From Eledone cirrhosa (lineage: Eukaryota): a DNA stretch of 64,000 nt. Made by a program: the position numbers and the translations under genes. This document shows positions 52,701 through 61,700 of this stretch, piece by piece; within the stretch, counting starts at the first letter, position 1, and every line of letters starts with the position of its first letter. Under the pieces are notes generated by a model that did no database searches, was not told where the DNA came from, and worked only from the letters and a program-made list of their open reading frames with translations. The stretch lies in NCBI GenBank assembly GCA_964016885.1, contig OZ024741.1:70556001-70620000 (forward strand), given 5' to 3'.

Positions 52701-55700
52701 TAAGATGGAGGTGGGAAGTGGGAACCAATATATTCTGTAAGATGTTGGCCCACTGAATAATTTTTATTCTTCAGCCAGTTGCCATGTGCCAACATAGGGA
52801 GAGGAAAAATTAATAGTAATTCCTTTCTTTTCTGTTTTTCTTTATTTTTCAGGATTTGTATTCTAATTCTTTTTCTTGTTACTACAAAATCGTAATTAAT
52901 AAGATTTTTCTGTTAAATTATTACATATCCATCATATGTCCTCCATGGTTCCATCATGTGACTATCATGTAACTATTTTACAGATGCCAGCATTATGAAT
53001 ATCCTACTTTAGGGACTTATCCCATTGTTAAAGCTGCAGATATGTCAGTCATTGCCAGCACTCTTCCAAAACCATTACAACACTTGTCTAACGCTACAAT
53101 TTTGACTGAATTAGGAATTCCTAAGCTACTACTTATGCACAGTCAGCTTCAGGTAAGTTTCCTCAAATTTTTCCCAACAACTGAGCTGAACAGTTTATGT
53201 TTTGAGCTAATTTTTTATATTCAATATACTAACATATTTATTCCTCTTGATAATGTGCTTCCCCATATATTCTTTTTGTTGTTGTAGTTCATACCTATGT
53301 AAGTTTAGCTGATCTCCTATGAAGTTACATCCAATAGGAGATTTCTTGGGTGTTCTAACTTTCTCTTCTCTGATAACAGCCACCAGTGATTACCTCCCTG
53401 AACAAAATTAGGATATTTTGACACCAGTTCCCTAAGCTGAATAGTTTAAAAATCGATAGTTATTTAATATACCCACACAAAAATTGCTTGAAGTTTATAA
53501 ATAATAAAGATAAAAATATGTAATTTCCAGTGAATGTTCAAAGATAATCCTTTGAAAGGATATTGCAAAAAGTTCATTATATTTACATTTCATTAAATTA
53601 AATAAGCAATTTAGTATCATAAAATATGAGCAAAAACATGAAAAAACATTGTTTTCTTAAACTCTCAACATATCAATAGCTGGAAATGTTGAAGATGATA
53701 CAGCTTAAAACAGCTGATGTAGAGGTTCACATTGCACTTTTCACTTCCTTTTTTGGATTCCCATCTAAAGTTCTGTTTGGAACACTGTTTACAGCCCCCA
53801 CCTCCACCCCCATTCTATAGGCCAGAGCAGGGCACCCTGGACCTGGGGAACTTCTACAGGAACCTTTTTCTTTTATAAGATTAGTCACTGATTAATTGAT
53901 GGGCTAGATTCATTCTGAAAACCGAGTATATTTTTTTTGTTCTTGCCTTTTTTTTAGACAGGAGTTTATGATTTGGTGACTCTTTCATCAACACAGATTA
54001 ACATATAACCACATCTATATATATATATCTATATATATAAAACTGAGGTTGTCTGTCTGTCTATCGATTTTTGGCACACATCTCCTCTTAGAATCTCTCA
54101 CGGAATTGCACCGAAATTGCTATACTTGTACATTGAGCCCTAGCGAAGACATCGGAAAAAAAATATTTCAAATTGACCCGCCCTATCTGACGAAATCGAA
54201 TATAATGTATCGATTTTTGAGCGTAAGTGATCAGTTATTTCCCTTTGTTCTGTTCACATTCAGCGTAGCGTCTTACGTTCTCTTTACATTTTCTGCGTGC
54301 AAAAATTAAAAAAATTACGCTGGCAAAAATTAAAAAAATTACGCTGGCTTTCTCAGCGTTTAAAATGACATTAACACAATACACGAACAGACAGTTGTCG
54401 AGCCAGCAAAATTTTGACCTGCAAAATTCATCAGTTCGAACACTAAGCTTCCGTTTTGCTTCATTTCCATTTAAAAGCCTTTTAAAACAATATTTTTACT
54501 TGAAAACAAGTCTATTTAAAGACTACGTAAAACAAGCAAATATTTCGTAAAAAAAAGCAAAAATTATATAAGTTTATTTAAAATATATGTATCTGTAAAT
54601 TTCGTTAGGCGTGCAGAGAGGTGATATACGCGTGCAGACAGACAGTCGTGCAGAGAGGTGATATACGCGTGCAGACATCTATCTATCTATCTATATATAT
54701 AAAACTGTGGTTGTCTGTCTGTCTATCGATTTTTGGCACACATCTCCTCTTAGAATCTCTCACGGAATTGCACCGAAATTGCTATACTTGTACATTGAGC
54801 CCTAGCGAAGACATCGGAAAAAAAAAATTTCAAATTGATCCACCCTATGTGACGAAATCGAATATAATGTATCGATTTTTGAGCGTAAGTTATCAGTTAT
54901 TTCCCTTTGTTCTGTTTACATTGAGCGTCTTACGTAAAAAATTACGCTGGCTTTAACAGTTGTCAAGCCATCAAAATATTGACCTGCAAAATTCATCAGT
55001 TCGAACACTAAGCTTCCGTTTTGCTTCATTTCCATTTAAAAGCATTTTAAAACAATATTTTTACTTGAAAACAAGTCTATTTAAAGACTACGTAAAACAA
55101 GCAAATATTTCGTCGTTAGGCGTGCAGACAGACAGTCGTGCAGACAGACAGTCGTGCAGAGAGGTGATATACGCGTGCAGACAGACAGTCGTGCAGAGAG
55201 GTGATATAGGCATGCAGACAGACAGTCGTGCAGAGAGGTGATATAGGCGTGCAGACAGACAGTCGTGCAGAGAGGTGATATAAGCGTGCAGACAGACAGT
55301 CGTGCAGAGAGGTGAGACAGTCGTGCAGAGAGGTGATATAGGCATGCAGACAGACATAACTGATAATTTGGTTACGCTAATGTTTTTCTCTGTGTTGCAG
55401 TGTTTACATTTTCGATCTTTGTTAATAAATAACCAGTGCAGTTTCTATCCCCAGCATCCTCTTTTGTTATAACATTCGGGTTATCGTTATGTTTTCTTAA
55501 CTTCATAAGGCATACCTGCAAAATTCATCAGTTCGAACACTAAGCTTCCGTTTTGCTTCATTTCCATTTAAAAGCATTTTAAAACAATATTTTTACTTGA
55601 AAACAAGTCTATTTAAAGACTACGTAAAACAAGCAAATATTTCGTCATTAGGCGTGCAGACAGACAGTCGTGCAGAGAGGTGATATAGGCGTGCAGACAG

Positions 55701-58700
55701 ACAGTCGTGCAGAGAGGTGATATAGGCGTGCAGACAGACATAACTGATAATTTGGTTACGCTAATGTTTTTCTCTGCGTTGCAGTGTTTACATTTTCGAT
55801 CTTTGTTAATAAATAACCAGTGCAGTTTCTATCCCCAGCATCCTCTTTTGTTATAACATTCGGGTTATCGTTATGTTTTCTTAACTTCATAAGGCATATT
55901 GTTGGTTGAGGGAATATTAATCAAAAACACCACATGCAAGTCTGCACAGTAGACACTACAGTTTTTAAGCCAAGAAAGAAACTTAACATTGTAACTTTAA
56001 CACAGCTACTGAGCGACCCCGAGCAACGCCGGGCTTTACTGCTAGTCAACAATAAAATGAAACAGATATTTTCACCATTTGTTGGACTTCCTTCCAATGC
56101 TGTATGCGGCTCTCTGTTAGTCTGCACAATCCACACTATACACGTGCTCACTATAATTTCTATAGATCTTGGACATGGCACATTGTGTTATTCCCTGGAC
56201 TTTTGTTTTTGCCAGACATTTGTTAAACCATTCAGACTGGCATTGGTTGTCAGCAGTGTTATGGTCTTCTTATAATGCCACTAGTTCCCCATTTGTTTTT
56301 GAATCAAGTCACCTTCTCTTTTTTCAATTTGGCTGAGGTGATAGCTTTTGGCATGCTTCTTCTATATTTACATACTGTGCTGCAAGCATAAGTCCCATTC
56401 TGTATAAGTTCCTCAAAGATAAAAAGAAATTATCACAATACATGTGGTGGTTTTGTCCCCGTATGTCTCTTGTGAGGTCCTTCACAACTTTTTCTCCAAG
56501 TCCTTATTTGGGCTAATTTGAAACTTTCACTCACAGTTATAAGCTTGGATGTCATTCACATAACCGTTGTGGAGATCAGCCCACATCCACACTTTTATCC
56601 CACAATTTATAGGCTTCAATGTAATGTACTGTTTGAAGGCTGGTCATCTGGTGAAGGCAATCATAGCGTCATCAATAGATGTTTCACAGTGTGGGTTATA
56701 CTATGGCTTTAATTTTTGGTGTATCTGTTTAATAAAAGACTGAGTATAGGCAAATCTGTCATATTCAGGATGGCCACAGCCTGGATTGTGAGTGACATCA
56801 TAAATTTGGAAATATTGAGTCAGTTTATCTAACCTGTCTCTGGTAATTAATAGGGATTAGTCCCCAGCTGCTGTTGGCATTTTTATTTAGCTGAGTGGAT
56901 TGGAACTATGTTAAATGAAGTGTCTTGCTCAAGGACACACCACATCAACTAATCCAAGAATCAAACCCATGACCTCATAAGTCCATCACCTTAACTACTA
57001 GGTCAGATGCTTTCACATCTTCCTTCTATCTTGATTCTATGGTGTAAGGGTTAACACTTTGGGCTTTGAATCCAGCAATTCAAGTTCAAATGTTGGTAGG
57101 ATCTGATTTACTGTATTCAATCTCTGAGACTCTAATGAATCCTTTCACATTTGTATCATATTTGTTTTTCAGAGCACCCTCAGTTTTAGTGCCCGCGTCA
57201 AGAACTATGGAGACTTCTATCTCTTAATCAACTATTTCAATCCAACAGCAGGTCAGACTGCACCTATTCTTACTGTCACTAGTTCTGACAAACAGATGGG
57301 AGAAGTAAAACTGAATTACTGTCCTTACAGGTAGGTTGTACAACTGTTTTCTTCATTAAATTCATTTGTGTATGTGTGTGTGGGAGGGCTGGTGATGTTA
57401 TGCACCTGGTTAATCCCAATCGACCAGACCAATGATCAAACTTGTAGTTGCAGCCATATGTGTGTGTGTGTGTGCATTGATGGTGGTGTTTTGGCCCTTG
57501 TTAACACTGATTGAGCAGACCTATGATCAGGCATTGTAGTTGTGATGAGGGTTTATCTTGTATTACATCATCTAATGTGTCCTGAGCAGACCTATGATCA
57601 GGCATTGTAGTTGTGATGAGGGTTTATCTTGTATTACATCATCTAATGTGTCCTGAGCAGACCTATGATCAGGCATTGTAGTTGTGATGAGGGTTTATCT
57701 TGTATTACATCATCTAATGTGTCCTGAGCAGACCTATGATCAGGCATTGTAGTTGTGATGAGGGTTTATCTTGTATTACATCATCTAATGTGTCCTGAGC
57801 AGACCTATGATCAGGCATTGTAGTTGTGATGAGGGTTTATCTTGTATTACATCATCTAATGTGTCCTGAGCAGACCTATGATCAGGCATTGTAGTTGTGA
57901 TGAGGGTTTATCTTGTATTACATCATCTAATGTGTCCTGAGCAGACCTATGATCAGGCATTGTAGTTGTGATGAGGGTTTATCTTGTATTACATCATCTA
58001 ATGTGTCCTTCCCTTTTTAAGATGGTAACGTGAATTTTAGGGAGACTATATTAGTATTTCTAGCATATGACTGAGAGAGTGAACGCTAGGTGATATCCTT
58101 CAACATACCAACCGCTAGGTGATATCCTTCAACATACCAATTATATAGGGTTTCTCCAGTGGGAGATGTAAATATCTATTTATTGCCCCTATTGATATTA
58201 TATTTTCTTCTTTTAATTATATTTTGTTTGAAGGGTCCTATCTATTCCAAATATGATTTATTATTAAGGGGCTAAGGGCGTTGGATTGGCAGTATCAGAA
58301 GAGTATTGGACACCACGCTGAGCAGCATGGAGTTACGGCCCTTTACGTTCTGAGTTCAAATCTCACTGAAGTTAGCTTTGCCTTTCATCCTTATGGGATC
58401 AATAAAATAAAGCACCAGTAATGCACTGGTGTCGATTTAATCAACTTTCGCCTCCCCTAAAATTGCTGGCCTTGTGCTTAAAGTAGAAATCCTTATTAAA
58501 GAGGGCTAGGATCGTAATTTCTTACACCATTTATACTGATAGGTTACTAGTTCTTGTTGAACTTCCATTTGTTCTGATGATGAGTGTTTCAATCGTTTGA
58601 TCAATGGAACAGCCTGTTCCTGGAATCCATATGCATGTGACTGAGTATTCCACAGACATATGTACTTTAAATCTAATTCTTAGGGAGATTCAACAGTACA

Positions 58701-61700
58701 ATTTGTGACATGGCAGGCCCTTTGAATTATAGGTATAACTCATTTCTTTCAAGAGAGCAGCATGAAACAAAGCTCAAAGATATAACGTGCTGCTGGGAAT
58801 TGATTTCATACCTTTATGATCATGTGCCAAATACTCTAATCACTGAACCATACACCTTCACTAATAGGTTACTGCAGTCTCTTTGATGAATTATGTTTTC
58901 CTTTATTGTGGGTCATCATTGCTGCATCCCTTAACATATTTCCTAGATATTTTGCTATACAATTTTCTCTAGATTAAAAGGGAAAGGTGTGTTTTATGGA
59001 AGACCAGCAGTTGCCTATGCATACCAGTCTCTCTTCTCCATTCCACCGATCTTGTCCAAGAGAAAGGCAAAGTCTGATACAGCTTGGCACCACAGATGTT
59101 GCAACTCATTTCTACAGCTAAGTAGTGAACTGAAGCAACATGAAATAGTCTTGCTGAAAGACACAACCAATCACTCAGTCTGGGAATTGAACTAATAACC
59201 TCATGATTATGAATCCAACTGCCTAACCATTAAGTCCTTCTCTCTAGATTATGGGTTGTAAATGTCTACTATCACATTTACAAGAGATTGCTATATTTTC
59301 CCATCCAATAATAGGATTATTTGAACTGATCTTTTTATCATCATTTGATTTAACGTCTGTTTTCACTGCTAGCCAGAGTTAAACAGGTTAGAGACAGTTA
59401 GTACTCAAGTGGAGCTACTGACCTCTCAGATTTTCAAAAGGCCTGCATCTCACTCCTACTGAGAGCTCAGATGGGCTGGGCGTCTTCAACTTGCTTACGT
59501 ATGTTCCTGTACTCTTACATTTGATCATCGTACCAACACTTAAGGGGTTGTCGTGCCTTTAACACAGCTGAAGAGTTCTCCTGACCCTTTGATCAGCTGG
59601 TTTTCTAAAGCTGGATGCTCTTCCTTACTAAACACTTTAACATTGTGTGTGTGTGTGTGTTTATGTATGTATGTATGTATGACCCACAAATGTAGCTTTG
59701 TAAAAATTTAGTTGAAGATGATGATAATATTAATGTTTCCTTTTGTCTTTGATAGTTCTCTATGTCGTCAAGTTGTGACTGACTACAGCTCTAAAACACC
59801 AGCTCTGTTCAGGGTCCCTAGTTACATGGATTTCCTCATCACAGGAAAGGATGTTCATACCTATATTGTAAGTAATTTTTTCATTTATTTCTGAATTATA
59901 CCAAAGAGGAAAAAATGGGATTCTTTGAAATGTGATTCACTGTACCATTTTAATTTTTGGAAAATCAAACGTGAAATTATGATGATGATCCAAACACCAT
60001 CTTAATATTGAATCAATCAGTTATTTTATTAAATCCTGACAAATTCTTGATTTTTTTTTCAAAATTCATTATCACATTTAAATAGTATATTTCATTTGAA
60101 ATATGGTAGTGAAAGGATTAATTGTGGAATGGAATCAAAGACATAATTAAAATCTTTAATATAATTAAATTAGTTTGAGTGATGCATTTTAAACAAGCAT
60201 AATTATGGAATGAAATCAGAGATTAAAACAAAATCTTTAACATAATGGAACAATGTTATGAAGATCCATACATTTATGCAACATAAAACTTTGGATTTCT
60301 ATCTGTCCAGCTAGAAGGTTGACTAACCACACAGATTTCTCCTTGTCTACATTTTCCCCCATCTCCTTTTACTTCCTAGTTCTCTCTTCCAAACCTCATC
60401 ACCCCTCTGTCATTCTAATATCTATAATAATTAACATCCAAAACATTAAGACTCTGTCTATATCAAGTGTGAAACTAATATATATCATTATTGTATTGCT
60501 CTCCTGTGTTTTTTTCCTTGTTGACTTTTCTTATATATCATTGATAAACCTATTATTTTTATTCACAGGAATCAGTAGCTTTAATTCCAGTAGAGGCATG
60601 GACTGCACGTTACCTTCAACCCAGTCTCAAATGTGTACGTGTGAATAAAGTGTAAGTTTTCTTTTCTCTTTTTCATACAGTTTACTCTAATGCACAGTAA
60701 TAACTCCTACCTCCTTTCGATATGATACATCATTAGTATCTGCAATGTTAAAATAAATATGAATACAGAGTTATGCCCATATGTTAAATAAATGTAATTC
60801 ATTGCATGTAATCTCCATTTGTCTGGCTTTCTTGGTATGCCAAAAATATTAATGAAGTTAAATTATTGTTTTCTGAAAGATGCTTTGCATTCTTCATTAA
60901 TTAATTAAAATATAATGTATTTTACTAGAAATAGGATAATGAAGGTATTAGTACAAAGTGATTTATAAATGAGTCATATACTTAATGCTTTTAATGGGAC
61001 ATTAGATATTGATAGGGAAGTGCGTGGCTCAGTAGTTAGACAATTGGACAACATCAGTGGTATGGAGAGAGGAGGCCAGTATACATGGGTGACTGCTGGT
61101 CTTCCACAAACAACCTTGCCTGGGCTTGTGCCTGAGTGGGGAACTTTCTTGGTACAAATCTCATGGTCATTCATGACTGAAGGCAGTCTTTACCTTTACT
61201 TTACCTATGTTTTTAAGAAAGTATTTACAATGTTTAACCTAGCTTATGGATCCTTAGTACTCATTTGAAGACCTCCAAAGTTTCCCAGACTCCAGGTTGG
61301 GAACCACAGATGTATAGGCTTCCTCATTGAGCTGATCAATTCACCTTAACATCATACAAGTTTTTGTTAACCCTTTAGCATTTAAACTGGCTGTATCTGG
61401 CCAGAATTCTCTCACTTCTTTCTGTTAAAACTGGTCGTAAATGATCAAACATACTGATGTTAAGGTATTGTTCTCAAAATAATATCAAAATGTCATAGAT
61501 TCAATATTATGTGAGATAATTATGTGAGGTAAAGCCTTTACCATGAAAATACAATAGCAAATATAGAGAAATGCCAAAGAGTTAAAGAATTTTACTTCAC
61601 AGCTACTTGAGTTGTTACCTTTATTTTTCCTTACTGTAGCTGCCGGTCAATAAAACATCAAACAGTTGCTGGTTCTGTCAAGATTGAAGCAGAAAGTGGA

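Noticed and set aside
52820-52900. Strong polypyrimidine-AG acceptor upstream of the 52984 exon
   Set aside because: The reading frame after it soon reaches a stop and lacks laminin similarity; the 52984 acceptor gives the conserved CQHYEY
57513-58009. CRISPR-like array (also 14397-14738 and 55120-55355)
   Set aside because: Units are contiguous with no unique spacers, the context is eukaryotic and there are no cas genes
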